DNA from: a virus
DNA length: 36,690 bases
Strand: one strand, 5' to 3'
Virus genome (UHGV): UHGV-0304565
In this document: positions 14,821-24,617 of the stretch, one piece after another
Layout: every line of letters begins with the position of its first letter
Numbering within the stretch: position 1 is the stretch's first letter
Notes under the pieces: model-generated
Told to the model about the DNA's origin: nothing
Databases searched by the model: none
The model's input: only the letters and a program-made list of their open reading frames with translations
Program-made: the position numbers and the translations under genes

Positions 14821-16076
14821 TGGCAATCCCGTCCTCGCTCAGTCTTGTGCAACTGCATTCTGGACAGATGAAAGTCTTCCAGTCTCCGCATCGATTTAAA
14901 GTTGTTTGTGCTGGTCGACGCTGGGGAAAATCCCGGTTGTCGATCTCCACTATTATTCGTGCGGCGGCAAAGGAAAAAAAGCAAAGGGTCTGGTATGTCG
15001 CTCCTACTTACCAGATGGCTCGCCAGATTTTGTGGGACGATCTACAGGAAGTTCTGCCTCGTAAGTGGGTTAGGAAAAAGAACGACACCACGATGACAAT
15101 CGTGTTGAAGAACGGTTCGGAGATCGCCCTCAAAGGTGCTGATAAGCCTGACACTCTGCGCGGCGTAGCGTTGCATTTTGTAGTGCTTGATGAATTTCAG
15201 GATATGAAGGCTGACACCTGGTACAAGGTGTTACGACCTACTCTTTCATCGACACGCGGCGGTGCACTGATCATTGGTACGCCAAAAGGCTTCTCGGAAT
15301 TTCACAAACTGTGGACTATAGGCCAGAACGTAGAGCTGCAAAGAAAGGGACAGTGGAAGAGCTGGCAGTTTGTAACTGCCGATTCTCCGTTTGTGCCTAC
15401 GGCGGAAATTGAAGCTGCTAAGAACGATATGGACCCCAAATCGTTCGCTCAGGAGTACCTGGCCAGCTTTGAGAACATGTCCGGGCGCGTTTACTACCCG
15501 TTCGATCGTAACGTGCATGTAAAACCGCTTCAGTTCAACCCTCGGTTGCCTATATGGGTAGGGCAGGACTTCAACATTGACCCGATGTCTTCAGTAATTT
15601 TGCAACCTCAGCCAAATGGTGAGCTATGGGCAATTGATGAATTGGTGCTCTTTTCCTCTAACACGGCAGAAGTTTGTGATGAGCTTGAGAGACGCTTCTG
15701 GCGCTGGAAATCACAGGTAACGGTATTTCCAGATCCGGCAGGTGCTTATCGCCAACATGCTCGTGGGGAGTCTGACGTAGACATATTCAAAGAGAAGGGA
15801 TTCTTACGTGTCGATTATTCGAAAAAGCACCCGCCAATTGCGGATCGTGTTAATGCTGTTAACCGAATGCTGATGTCCGCATCTGGAGATATCCGGCTGT
15901 ATATCGATCCGAAGTGCAAGCATTTGATTGATTCACTGGAAAAAGTCATCTACAAGCCTGGAACACGAGATATGGATAAGACAGGTGGCATTGAGCATAG
16001 TGCAGACGCATTGGGCTATCCAGTACATCGTAGGTATCCAGTCAAAAACCGTGTTATTCTTGGTGGTTCTCGGTAG
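14820..16076 (+). CDS. terL: Terminase large subunit
   Basis: P-loop GRRWGKS, Walker B HFVVLDEF, C-terminal nuclease-like region; position before portal. Confidence 0.85.
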   Translation: MAIPSSLSLVQLHSGQMKVFQSPHRFKVVCAGRRWGKSRLSISTIIRAAAKEKKQRVWYVAPTYQMARQILWDDLQEVLPRKWVRKKNDTTMTIVLKNGSEIALKGADKPDTLRGVALHFVVLDEFQDMKADTWYKVLRPTLSSTRGGALIIGTPKGFSEFHKLWTIGQNVELQRKGQWKSWQFVTADSPFVPTAEIEAAKNDMDPKSFAQEYLASFENMSGRVYYPFDRNVHVKPLQFNPRLPIWVGQDFNIDPMSSVILQPQPNGELWAIDELVLFSSNTAEVCDELERRFWRWKSQVTVFPDPAGAYRQHARGESDVDIFKEKGFLRVDYSKKHPPIADRVNAVNRMLMSASGDIRLYIDPKCKHLIDSLEKVIYKPGTRDMDKTGGIEHSADALGYPVHRRYPVKNRVILGGSR

Positions 16077-16092
16077 GTAAGTAATTATCTAA
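16077..16092. promoter_or_regulatory. ATAAGTAA-family motif (GTAAGTAATTATCTAA) upstream of portal
   Basis: Read directly. Confidence 0.35.
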
Positions 16093-16102
16093 GGTTATTC
16101 AA

Positions 16103-17677
16103 ATGGAATTGAACGACAAACAAATTAAGGATCTGGTGGCGCGACGCCACCCGGAATACGAAAAGAAAAAAGAACATTGGGACTTCCTCGCCAGCACTTA
16201 CGCTGGCGGGCGTGGTTGGTTTACAGACAATATCTTTCGTTACTTTAAAGAGGGAGATCAGGAGTTTAAGGAGCGTGTTGAGCGTGCCTATCGCTTCAAC
16301 CACACCCGTGAGGTGGTAAACCTCATCAACAAATATCTCTTTAAAGAAGACATTCATAGAAATATCGAAGAGGCACCAGAGCAGATCCGCAATTTCTGGA
16401 AACGTGCGACTCGCCAGAATGCCTCTATTGACTCATTTATGGCCGCCATTGATTTGCAGTCGTCTATTTACGGTCGCATATGGGTTGTTGTCGATAGCAC
16501 GATGAGTGGTGATGTTGAGTCAGTAGCTGACGAGAAAAAGAAAGATGCTCGCGCCTACGCCTACTGGATTTCACCTCAGCAAATGCTGGATGTGGCATGG
16601 GACGACGACGGGAATATGTTGTGGGCGTTAATTGTGGAAGTCGCTCGTGATGACGCAGATCCTTTTACTTCTACAGGTCAGGAATACCAACGTTATCGTC
16701 TGTGGACACAAAACGAGTGGTATCTGTTCCGTGAGGAAGTGAAGAAGGGCGCTGGTGGAGCAGGTCGCCGTCAGGCAAAAGTTATTTTAGAGGATAGCGG
16801 TGAGCATAATCTCGGCGTAGTTCCTGTGTTTCCTGTTGATTGTATTGGAGAAAGTGAATCACCGTATTTCAGCCCATCGTTGATCGATGATATCGCTTAT
16901 CTTGATCGTGCGGTTGCAAACTATCTGTCAAACCTTGATGCCATTATTCAGGATCAGACATTTAGCCAGTTGGCTATACCGGTACAGTCGCTTTTACCTG
17001 GTGATGAAAACCACACTAAAGTGCTTGAAATGGGCACAAAGCGAGTCTTCACCTACGATTCTGAAGGTGGAAACCAGCCGTTTTATCTGTCACCAGACCC
17101 GAAACAAGCTCAGATGATCATCACTACGATTAAGACGGTGATTAACGAAATCTACCATTCAGTTGGTGTAGCTGGTGAGCGAACGAAGCAGGACAACGCA
17201 CAGGGAATCGATAATTCATCTGGTGCCGCAAAAATGTATGACTTCCAGCGTGTAAATAGCTTGCTTGTCACAAAAGCAGAGCGTCTGGAAAGGGCTGAAC
17301 GCCAAATCATGCTACTGGTTGCGAAATGGATGGGGGTAGATCTGGACGAAGACCACTCTTTAATTGCGTATCCAGAAAGTTTCGATATTCGTGGCCTTAC
17401 TGATGAATTTTCTGTTGCCGAGAAACTGTCATTACTTCAGGCACCGGACTCTGTACGTCGTCACCAGATGGAAATGCTTATTGAGAAGATTTTCCCGAAC
17501 ATTACTGAGGCGATGAAAAAGGAATTTGATAAAGATCTCTTGAATTTTCCTCCAAAAAATGATCTAAATACCCTTGAAAATAAGTCAGTACATACTTATG
17601 ATCGTGGTGCAGCCCAAGAAAGCGGGCAAGATCAACCCCGAGGGAATGGGGACTCATCTACTCAAGAGAACGAGTGA
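16103..17677 (+). CDS. Portal protein (putative)
   Basis: 524-aa protein directly downstream of terL and upstream of scaffold and capsid; call rests on size and synteny. Confidence 0.7.
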   Translation: MELNDKQIKDLVARRHPEYEKKKEHWDFLASTYAGGRGWFTDNIFRYFKEGDQEFKERVERAYRFNHTREVVNLINKYLFKEDIHRNIEEAPEQIRNFWKRATRQNASIDSFMAAIDLQSSIYGRIWVVVDSTMSGDVESVADEKKKDARAYAYWISPQQMLDVAWDDDGNMLWALIVEVARDDADPFTSTGQEYQRYRLWTQNEWYLFREEVKKGAGGAGRRQAKVILEDSGEHNLGVVPVFPVDCIGESESPYFSPSLIDDIAYLDRAVANYLSNLDAIIQDQTFSQLAIPVQSLLPGDENHTKVLEMGTKRVFTYDSEGGNQPFYLSPDPKQAQMIITTIKTVINEIYHSVGVAGERTKQDNAQGIDNSSGAAKMYDFQRVNSLLVTKAERLERAERQIMLLVAKWMGVDLDEDHSLIAYPESFDIRGLTDEFSVAEKLSLLQAPDSVRRHQMEMLIEKIFPNITEAMKKEFDKDLLNFPPKNDLNTLENKSVHTYDRGAAQESGQDQPRGNGDSSTQENE

Positions 17678-17698
17678 TAAGTAACAAAAGGAATTTTT

Positions 17699-18586
17699 AT
17701 GAATCTGTGGCAAATGCTTTTGGCCCGTCGTGGTCTGATGGATGTCGCTGAAGCGCATGAGCGTGGAGGCGCTGGCGGTGTAGCTGCTGATAATGAGCAG
17801 AGCACACAAGATCCTGACAAACAGGGTGAACAAAAAGAGCAGCCGAAGGGCGATGACGAATACGCTGGCATGACTCAGGAAGAGTTACTGGCCGAACTTC
17901 GTAAAACCAAGAAAGCTGGTGCTGAACTGCTGAAGGAGAACATGAAGCGCAAAGAGAAAGAGCGCACATTGGCCGATCAGCTTGCTCAGTACGGTGATAT
18001 CGACCCGGCGCGTGCTCGCCAGCTTTTAGAAGCTGAACAGGCCGCAGAAAATGCACGTCGTGAGGCGGAGCAAGCTGAACTGGAGCGTCGTGGTGAGTTC
18101 GATGCTGTTAAAAAACAGATGATCGAAGCACACCAGGCAGAGCTGGCACAGCGTGACGAACGTTATACAGCACTGGAAAGTGAAAACGCATCACTGAAAT
18201 CTCAATTAGTCGAGATGACCGTGGGCGCTTCCTTCAGTAACTCTCTCTTCCTACGTGACAAAGTTCTGATGACCCCGGCAAAAGCCCGCGTGATCTACGG
18301 TTCTCATTTTGAAGTGGGTGAAGACGGTAGCGTAGTGGGTTATGACAAACCGGCAGGTCATAAAGAACGAGCTGTTCTGGTTGACGGTGAAGGTAAGCCG
18401 TTGCCGTTTGAATCCGCGATTGAACGCATTGTGCGGGCAGATCCGGAAGCTGACGCATTGATGCGTAGCGAAGCCAAGCAGGGTGTAGGCTCACATTCCA
18501 AATCGACCTACATAATATCCCAACCGAAGAACAAGTCGACTATGGATAAGTTGGCCTCCGGTCTGGGGAAAATTGGACTTAAGTAA
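17699..18586 (+). CDS. Capsid scaffolding protein (putative)
   Basis: Charged, alanine/glutamate-rich helical sequence between portal and major capsid genes. Confidence 0.55.
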   Translation: MNLWQMLLARRGLMDVAEAHERGGAGGVAADNEQSTQDPDKQGEQKEQPKGDDEYAGMTQEELLAELRKTKKAGAELLKENMKRKEKERTLADQLAQYGDIDPARARQLLEAEQAAENARREAEQAELERRGEFDAVKKQMIEAHQAELAQRDERYTALESENASLKSQLVEMTVGASFSNSLFLRDKVLMTPAKARVIYGSHFEVGEDGSVVGYDKPAGHKERAVLVDGEGKPLPFESAIERIVRADPEADALMRSEAKQGVGSHSKSTYIISQPKNKSTMDKLASGLGKIGLK

Positions 18587-18611
18587 CATCTAAATCAAAG
18601 GGAATTGATAG

Positions 18612-19487
18612 ATGCCATTACTGCGTGAAGAAGCTGAAAAGCTGTCTAACAACGAACTTGAACAGGGTGTGATCGAAACTATCATCGATCGCGATGACCT
18701 GTTTGCCATCCTGCCTTTTATGAAAATTAATTCAAAGGCATATCTGTACAACCGTGAAAAAACGCTGAGCGAAGCTACTTTCATTGATGTGAACGACACC
18801 ATCACCGAAGGTGCAGCAACCTTCGAAGAGAAAGTTGCGAAGCTGCGCATTCTGGCTGGCGACGTTGACGTCGACAAATTCCTGGCTACCACTATGGCTG
18901 ATACCAACAACCAGCTGGCTATCCAGGTTCGTCAGAAAGTCAAAGGTCTGGCTCGTGCCTTCCGTCGCAATCTGATTGTTGGCGACTCCACCACTAACAA
19001 CAAAGCCTTCGACGGCATTCCACGCCTGATGCACGCAGATCAGAAGATCGATATCGCCGGTGCATCTATGACTTTCTCTATGTTCGACGAACTGGTCGAT
19101 GCGGTGAAAGATCTTGGTGCTGACTGCATCATGATGCGTTCAGAGCACCTGCGTGCTTACCGTGCGCTGCTGCGTACAGTAAACGTAGGCCCGTCTGAAA
19201 TCATGATGGAGAACTTCGGTCGTCCGATGCTGTGTCATAACGGCGTTCCGTTCATCATCAACGACTTCATCCCGACCGATTCTGGCAAAGCAAGCATCTA
19301 CTGCCTGCATCTGTCAGAAGAGAACGGCGTTACTGGTCTGTATGGCGGCGACAACGCAGGTATCGTTGTTGAAAACATTGGCACTGTACAGAACAAAGAC
19401 GCAGTACGTACCCGTGTGAAGTGGTACTGCTCTCTGGCGAATAAGCACGATAAGGCTATCGCTGCACTGACCAATGTAAAAATTTAA
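18612..19487 (+). CDS. Major capsid protein (putative)
   Basis: 291-aa protein after scaffold, strong SD, followed by a strong terminator. Confidence 0.7.
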   Translation: MPLLREEAEKLSNNELEQGVIETIIDRDDLFAILPFMKINSKAYLYNREKTLSEATFIDVNDTITEGAATFEEKVAKLRILAGDVDVDKFLATTMADTNNQLAIQVRQKVKGLARAFRRNLIVGDSTTNNKAFDGIPRLMHADQKIDIAGASMTFSMFDELVDAVKDLGADCIMMRSEHLRAYRALLRTVNVGPSEIMMENFGRPMLCHNGVPFIINDFIPTDSGKASIYCLHLSEENGVTGLYGGDNAGIVVENIGTVQNKDAVRTRVKWYCSLANKHDKAIAALTNVKI

Positions 19488-19497
19488 TCAGTGTGGT

Positions 19498-19513
19498 AGA
19501 TAAGTAATTATCT
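19498..19513. promoter_or_regulatory. Palindromic ATAAGTAA-family motif AGATAAGTAATTATCT
   Basis: Perfect 5-bp arms GATAA/TTATC with 4-bp spacer. Confidence 0.4.
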
Positions 19514-19520
19514 ATGTTTA

Positions 19521-19548
19521 AGGGTGGGCTATACGCCCACCCTTTTTG
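19521..19548 (+). terminator. Intrinsic terminator after the major capsid gene
   Basis: Stem agggtgggc / gcccaccct, loop tatac, T5 run. Confidence 0.75.
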
Positions 19549-19560
19549 TAGGAGCAAGAA

Positions 19561-20481
19561 ATGCCAGAACAAAAGATGAAGATTACGGAAGAGGCATTTT
19601 CGGATTTTACGGGGCATATGTGCCGCGCCGGATTTACCAATTCTATCTCCGATGAACCTTTAACCGAGCGGCAACAAAGTCAGCTATCTGCTTGTTTGCA
19701 GGCGGTTCCCCTCTCCCAATCCGTAAACATAACCCCGGCTTCACCGTCAGTTTTGGTTGGGAAAACTGTTCAACTTAGTGCAGGTATTAGTATGGGTAAG
19801 AGTGCCAGTTCATTCACCTGGAAGTCAGCGAATGATCAAATTGCAACCGTTAACGGCACTGGATTAGTAACTGGTGTAGCACCAGGCAAAGTAAAAATTA
19901 CTGCAACTGATCAGGAAACCCAGCTTTCCGCGTCAGTGGAAGTCACCGTAAATCCGGTAGCCGTTCAATCCGTAACGGTAACGCCAGACTCAACCTCTGT
20001 TGAGAAAGGGAAATCAGTCAGTCTGAAAGCGAATGTTCAGCCGTCAAATGCGACGAATAAGGCTGTTACCTGGTCTTCAAAAAATGAAGATAAGGCAACG
20101 GTAGACCAGAGCGGGAACGTTACTGGTGTAGAAGTTGGCACTGCGACGATTGAGATCGTTTCCCAAGATGGCAGCAAAAAGGCAACTGCAACGGTGGAAG
20201 TAACTGCGCCTGTTGTGGCTGTTACCGCCGTCGAAATCGACCCAAATAGCACAACCGTTGAGGCAAACAAAACTGTTCAGCTGACCGCAAATGTCGAGCC
20301 GGCAGGAGCCACAAATAAAACCGTTACTTGGGAATCCAAAAATACCGAGTTTGCAACGATTGACAGCGAAACCGGTGTTGTAACTGGTGTTGCGGCTGGT
20401 ACTGCCACAATCGAGGTTACTACCCAAGATGGTAGCCACAAAGCGACAGCAACTGTAGAAGTTACTGCCGCACAGGAATAA
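19561..20481 (+). CDS. Ig-like (Big_2-type) domain protein with three tandem domains; probable capsid decoration protein
   Basis: Three repeats of the pattern V.V.P...V..G.T.QL.A.V.P..AT...VTW.S.N...ATV...G.VTGV..G.ATI....QDGS.KAT..VEVT. Confidence 0.65.
   Translation: MPEQKMKITEEAFSDFTGHMCRAGFTNSISDEPLTERQQSQLSACLQAVPLSQSVNITPASPSVLVGKTVQLSAGISMGKSASSFTWKSANDQIATVNGTGLVTGVAPGKVKITATDQETQLSASVEVTVNPVAVQSVTVTPDSTSVEKGKSVSLKANVQPSNATNKAVTWSSKNEDKATVDQSGNVTGVEVGTATIEIVSQDGSKKATATVEVTAPVVAVTAVEIDPNSTTVEANKTVQLTANVEPAGATNKTVTWESKNTEFATIDSETGVVTGVAAGTATIEVTTQDGSHKATATVEVTAAQE
19951..20466 (+). repeat. Intragenic tandem duplication (two ~258-bp Ig-domain units)
   Basis: Protein repeats 2 and 3 are also similar at nucleotide level. 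Confidence 0.5.
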
Positions 20482-20525
20482 CCGATATTGGGCGGCTTTC
20501 GCCGCCCAAGTGGAGAGAAAGCGTT

Positions 20526-20960
20526 ATGAAACCAGCAAAAATTGTTTTATTAGAACCGCAATTTTCCGGTTATTCGGGAATGTTGTGCGGCGTTCAGTTC
20601 GAGAACGGGGTGTCCGTAGCGGAGTTGCCTTTTATCGATCAGCAAAGGATTTGTGCCTCAATGCGAGCATCAACAGTCGAGGGCAAAAATGTTTCTCCGT
20701 CTGCCGCATACAGTGATCGTGGCGAGTTGGCCGCAGACCTGATTACCGAGCCAGCAGCACCTGACATTGTGCCAATGAAACGTGGGACACCAGATGAACC
20801 GGCCAAACAGATCCAGACTTTCACACGAGAAGAGTTGGAGTCAATTGCAGACAATGAAGGCATTGCCGGTCTACGTGTGATTGGTAATCAGGTTGGTGTC
20901 AAAGCGAAAGGAATTGTCGAGATGATTGAAGGCATCCTGAAAGCACAAGGCGGTGAGTAA
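20526..20960 (+). CDS. Hypothetical virion/head-tail protein (144 aa)
   Basis: GC hairpin 20488-20510 then SD ggagag; located within the structural module. Confidence 0.5.
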   Translation: MKPAKIVLLEPQFSGYSGMLCGVQFENGVSVAELPFIDQQRICASMRASTVEGKNVSPSAAYSDRGELAADLITEPAAPDIVPMKRGTPDEPAKQIQTFTREELESIADNEGIAGLRVIGNQVGVKAKGIVEMIEGILKAQGGE

Positions 20961-21793
20961 TGGCGCAGATCGACTCGTATCGTAGCGGTGAAGCTGTTTC
21001 CCTTTCATTTGCCTTCAACGTGCTGGATATCGAATCTGCTACCTACACAGTAAAGGACAGCACCGGGGCTATTCTCGTTGATGGCGAGCCGCTAGAAATT
21101 ACCAGCGGTCAAATGTCGATTCCGGTTGTCGTGTCGGCTGAATATAACCAGCTTTCTGAGAAAGAACGCGATCTGCGGTACGTCATTGTGAAGGCTGTTG
21201 CATCGGGTCTGACGCATGAAGAGCGGCAAATGTATGTTCTGCTGAATAGTTTTGAACTGTCGATACCAGAACAGTCGTTTGCAACTGTCGCTGATGCTCA
21301 AATGCAGGCGATCGATATGCTGAATGGGGACACTTTGCTGTCGGATGGTGAAGGCTTAATGCGCAAGCGTCTCATTGAGGCTACCAGACGAATTAAAACT
21401 TTACCGTTCTCAATCCGCAAAATTCTACGTATCGACTTTGACCGATACGATCGCCCTCAAAATATGCTGAATGTGTATGACATTCCGTGGGGAGCAGATG
21501 GAGCGTACCGGCATGATTTAGTCGATTGGGAAAAGATGACGCAGGAGAAGTTTGAAGAGTTCCCTGACTACTTCAAAGAAGCGTTGATGCTTGCCGTTGT
21601 CAACGAAGCGTGTGAGATCGCAAATGGCAATGATGTAGCCGCAGCACGAGAGGATGGCATTTTGTCAGAGTCCATCGGTGAAACAACCAACATGTACCGT
21701 ACCGGTAAAGCTGCAAACGTGCATGTGGCTCGTAGTACCTGGCGCTTGCTGGTCAGTTACATCAACAACCGTATGATTGTTCGCCGTGCGTAA
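20960..21793 (+). CDS. Hypothetical structural protein (277 aa)
   Basis: ATG overlaps the upstream stop; located within the structural module. Confidence 0.5.
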   Translation: MAQIDSYRSGEAVSLSFAFNVLDIESATYTVKDSTGAILVDGEPLEITSGQMSIPVVVSAEYNQLSEKERDLRYVIVKAVASGLTHEERQMYVLLNSFELSIPEQSFATVADAQMQAIDMLNGDTLLSDGEGLMRKRLIEATRRIKTLPFSIRKILRIDFDRYDRPQNMLNVYDIPWGADGAYRHDLVDWEKMTQEKFEEFPDYFKEALMLAVVNEACEIANGNDVAAAREDGILSESIGETTNMYRTGKAANVHVARSTWRLLVSYINNRMIVRRA

Positions 21794-21872
21794 CGCCAGT
21801 CGCATTATTTACTTTTGGTCTAAAGGGTTTTTGGCCAGTAATGAGAGCGACCGACAACAACAGGGAGAGAGC

Positions 21873-22217
21873 ATGAATATTTCATGGCAAACAGAAATTG
21901 CGATCTACCGCTTTGGCGCAAAGAACGTTTACGGTGAGGCGCAATTACAATTCGTCAGGAAGACGAATGTCGGCGTGGTTAAGTTCGAACAGAGTAATGA
22001 GAAATCGTCAGTTCGTGCTGATAGCTCTGGTAGTCGTGGTAAGGCGAGTCTGGAGCTGTTTGATGCTGTGTTAGTTGTCCCTTTGGAAGCGGCTGTACAA
22101 CTTGATGATGTACTGATCCTTGAAGGTCAAAAATTAAAGGTGTCCAGTGTTCATCGCCGCTGGGGGCTACGAGGAAGACCTGGGCATCTTGAAGTAGGGG
22201 CGAATATATGGGTCTGA
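21873..22217 (+). CDS. Hypothetical head-tail joining protein (114 aa)
   Basis: ORF track 21777..22217; ATG 21873 with SD gggagag preferred. Confidence 0.45.
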   Translation: MNISWQTEIAIYRFGAKNVYGEAQLQFVRKTNVGVVKFEQSNEKSSVRADSSGSRGKASLELFDAVLVVPLEAAVQLDDVLILEGQKLKVSSVHRRWGLRGRPGHLEVGANIWV

Positions 22218-22681
22218 AATACGATGCGCATCAGTTCAAACGTGCGGGGAATCGACTCAACAACAGCCAGAAAGCATTTAAGCGATATCTTATTCGGGAC
22301 ATGGAAAAGCTGGCGCGTTTGGTTGAGCGTCTCAGCCGTGCAATGGCCCCGCTGGAAACCGGATCTCTGGAGACAGCCATCTTTGCCAGGGTGATTAAAG
22401 AAGGTTATTCAGGGCTGCGTATTGAGCTTTCTGTGTCTGGAGCAAAACCACGTCAGGGGCATCCGGGCGTAGAAGTAGGTGACTATGCTAAGTACATGGA
22501 GCTGGGTAAATACCGACTCGGTTATCTTTCTCGAATGAAGAACGTGACAAACCCACCAATTGCCGGTGTTAAACCCCGTGTTGGGCCACACTTTCTGGAA
22601 AGAGCGGTGGAAATTAGCGAGAAGCAGTTCTCAGAAGCGATTCTTGAGGCTGCCAGAAAAGCCGGATTTACGAGAGGTTAA
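22208..22681 (+). CDS. HK97 gp10-like tail completion/head-tail adaptor protein (putative)
   Basis: Motif PLETGSLETAI resembles the D/ETGxLRxSI signature of that family; position upstream of the major tail gene. Confidence 0.45.
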   Translation: MGLKYDAHQFKRAGNRLNNSQKAFKRYLIRDMEKLARLVERLSRAMAPLETGSLETAIFARVIKEGYSGLRIELSVSGAKPRQGHPGVEVGDYAKYMELGKYRLGYLSRMKNVTNPPIAGVKPRVGPHFLERAVEISEKQFSEAILEAARKAGFTRG

Positions 22682-22682
22682 T

Positions 22683-23066
22683 GTGTTTATTGAAGCGTTT
22701 GCAAGTTTGATGCAGAAGGCAAAGATTGGCACGGTCGGGACTGACATTTTCTGTCACTACTTGCCTGCCAATGTGAAATCTGGCGTCCTGCTTATTAACC
22801 CAAATACCGGTATTAGCATCGATCATGAGCTACAGGGCTTTTATCTCGAATCATTCACAATCATTGTGCGTGGTTCGTCAATTACTACGACGGTTGAGAA
22901 AGCCAATAAAATCATTGAGATGTTTCCAGTAGAGGAAACGGAATCTGGTGGTGTTTATTTTCGACTTGTACGACCGATGGCGATGCCAATCATTTATCCC
23001 AAAAATGATGGGGCATTAATAGAAGCAGGCATTCCTGTTGAATTTGCTGGCTATTTATTGAATTAA
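22683..23066 (+). CDS. Tail terminator-like protein (putative, lambda U position)
   Basis: ORF track 22560..23066 overlaps the upstream gene by 120 nt; GTG 22683 (SD gagagg) or ATG 22710 are more plausible starts. Confidence 0.4.
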   Translation: MFIEAFASLMQKAKIGTVGTDIFCHYLPANVKSGVLLINPNTGISIDHELQGFYLESFTIIVRGSSITTTVEKANKIIEMFPVEETESGGVYFRLVRPMAMPIIYPKNDGALIEAGIPVEFAGYLLN

Positions 23067-23073
23067 CTCAATT

Positions 23074-23091
23074 AGTAAGTATATACTTACT
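23074..23091. promoter_or_regulatory. Perfect 18-bp palindrome AGTAAGTATATACTTACT (ATAAGTAA family)
   Basis: Read directly; 50 nt upstream of the major tail gene start. Confidence 0.4.
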
Positions 23092-23140
23092 ATTAGCGCA
23101 ATGAATGCGTAGAATTAACGGAAAAAGGAGTTTTCCATCA

Positions 23141-23887
23141 ATGTCTAATACCCATGTAAAAAACATCAAACTTGGTGCCTGTAAGGTGTCGTTTGGTGGT
23201 GTGGATTTGGGTTACACCAAAGGTGGTGTTCAGGTTGAAGTAGCCACTGAAACGCTGAAAGTCACCGTCGATCAGTTGGGGCAGACCGTAATTTCCGAAT
23301 TAGTTCAGGGGCGCAACATTACCATCACCGCGCCTCTGGCTGAGTCTGTACTCCAAAACATGGTTGACCTGATGCCTGGTTCTACTCTGAGCGAAGATGA
23401 CAGCTCTGTCACGATCACATCTGCACAGGGCGTTAACCTGATTGATGTGGCGAAGGAGCTGGTTCTGACTCCGCAGGACACCACCGACTATGTGTTGACC
23501 ATCCCGAAAGCGGCAACCGCGGGCAACTTCACTATGACCTACCAGTCTGATGATGTTCGTGTGTTCTCTGTTCAGTTCAGCGCATACCCGGATGATGAAG
23601 GCGTTCTGGGCAAAATGAGCGGCCCTAAACCGGTAAAAACTGTGTCGATCTCACCGGAATCTCCAACCGTAAAAGCTGGAGAAACTGTGCAACTGACAGC
23701 CGAAATCACTCCAGCTGATGCCGCAGACAAAACCGGTGTTTGGGAATCCGAAGATCAGGAAAAGGCCACGGTAGATCAAACGGGTCTGGTACGTGGTGTG
23801 GCGCAGGGTTCTACAAATATCTCCTTCACCAGCAATAGCGGTGGTAAGAAGGCAACTAAGTCAGTAACGATTAACCCCGCAGATTAA
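23141..23887 (+). CDS. Major tail protein with C-terminal Ig-like (Big_2) domain
   Basis: ORF track 23105..23887; ATG 23141 with SD aaaaaggag preferred. C-terminal segment matches the Big_2 pattern of the 19561 gene; same architecture as lambda V. Confidence 0.7.
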   Translation: MSNTHVKNIKLGACKVSFGGVDLGYTKGGVQVEVATETLKVTVDQLGQTVISELVQGRNITITAPLAESVLQNMVDLMPGSTLSEDDSSVTITSAQGVNLIDVAKELVLTPQDTTDYVLTIPKAATAGNFTMTYQSDDVRVFSVQFSAYPDDEGVLGKMSGPKPVKTVSISPESPTVKAGETVQLTAEITPADAADKTGVWESEDQEKATVDQTGLVRGVAQGSTNISFTSNSGGKKATKSVTINPAD

Positions 23888-23900
23888 TCAGTAATTAAGC

Positions 23901-23927
23901 AGAGGCTCAGGATGGGCCTCTCTTTTA
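23901..23927 (+). terminator. Intrinsic (probably partial) terminator after the major tail gene
   Basis: Stem agaggc (23901-23906) / gcctct (23916-23921), T-run 23923-23926. Confidence 0.55.
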
Positions 23928-23942
23928 AAAGGATTTTAACCA

Positions 23943-24260
23943 ATGACCAAATTACTCGATCTCGATTCCATTCTGCCTCCGAAGAAAAGCATCAAATTTG
24001 GCGGTCAGGAATATCCCATCGTTGAAATGACGGTAGGTCTGTTCGTTTCCATCAAGCAGATGGAAGGTAAAGATCTCATGAACATGTCTCCTGTTGAGCA
24101 AGTGACAGCTTATGCAGATCTGGTTCGTAAGGTTATCCCTTCAGTACCTGACGAAGTTCTTGAAAAACTGACTGTTCCGCAACTCCAGCAGATCTTCACC
24201 TTCGCTATGGAAGTGATTGATGAAGAAAACGAAAAAGCGGCTGGCGAAGGGGCAAAGTAA
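23943..24260 (+). CDS. G: Tail assembly chaperone (lambda G-like)
   Basis: 105-aa acidic protein between major tail and tape measure genes. Confidence 0.65.
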   Translation: MTKLLDLDSILPPKKSIKFGGQEYPIVEMTVGLFVSIKQMEGKDLMNMSPVEQVTAYADLVRKVIPSVPDEVLEKLTVPQLQQIFTFAMEVIDEENEKAAGEGAK

Positions 24261-24610
24261 TTTCCCGCGATGAATCCGGGACAAGGACCGTCTCAATAGA
24301 TCTCGGATTCTATTTCAGTCGTGTAGTTGCTCACTACGCCGTGTCGCCATTAGAGCTACTGAACGTTCCTCTCACGATGTTCTGGATGCTCAGTCGCAAT
24401 ATAGACCGTCTGCGTGCGGAAGAGGATGTCCGCAACTTACAAGTCGCTCGTGCGTCCCAGGCGGATGGCGAGGCTGTGAAGGCGTTCATGGAGGGTTTGC
24501 AACTCAGGATTGGAAGACCAGTCGTAACAGATAAAGTCTACGATCCAAGCCAGGATAAGGCAGACCCTGACGCCAAAGAGCAACTGATGCAAATATTTGG
24601 CAGAGGATGA
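23943..24610 (+). CDS. Tail assembly chaperone GT-like fusion made by a programmed -1 frameshift near 24231-24260
   Basis: The -1 frame is open from 24224 to 24610 and overlaps the end of G; candidate slip sites gAAAAAg (24231-24237) or AAG-TAA (24255-24260). Confidence 0.5.
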
Positions 24611-24617
24611 CAAGGGA

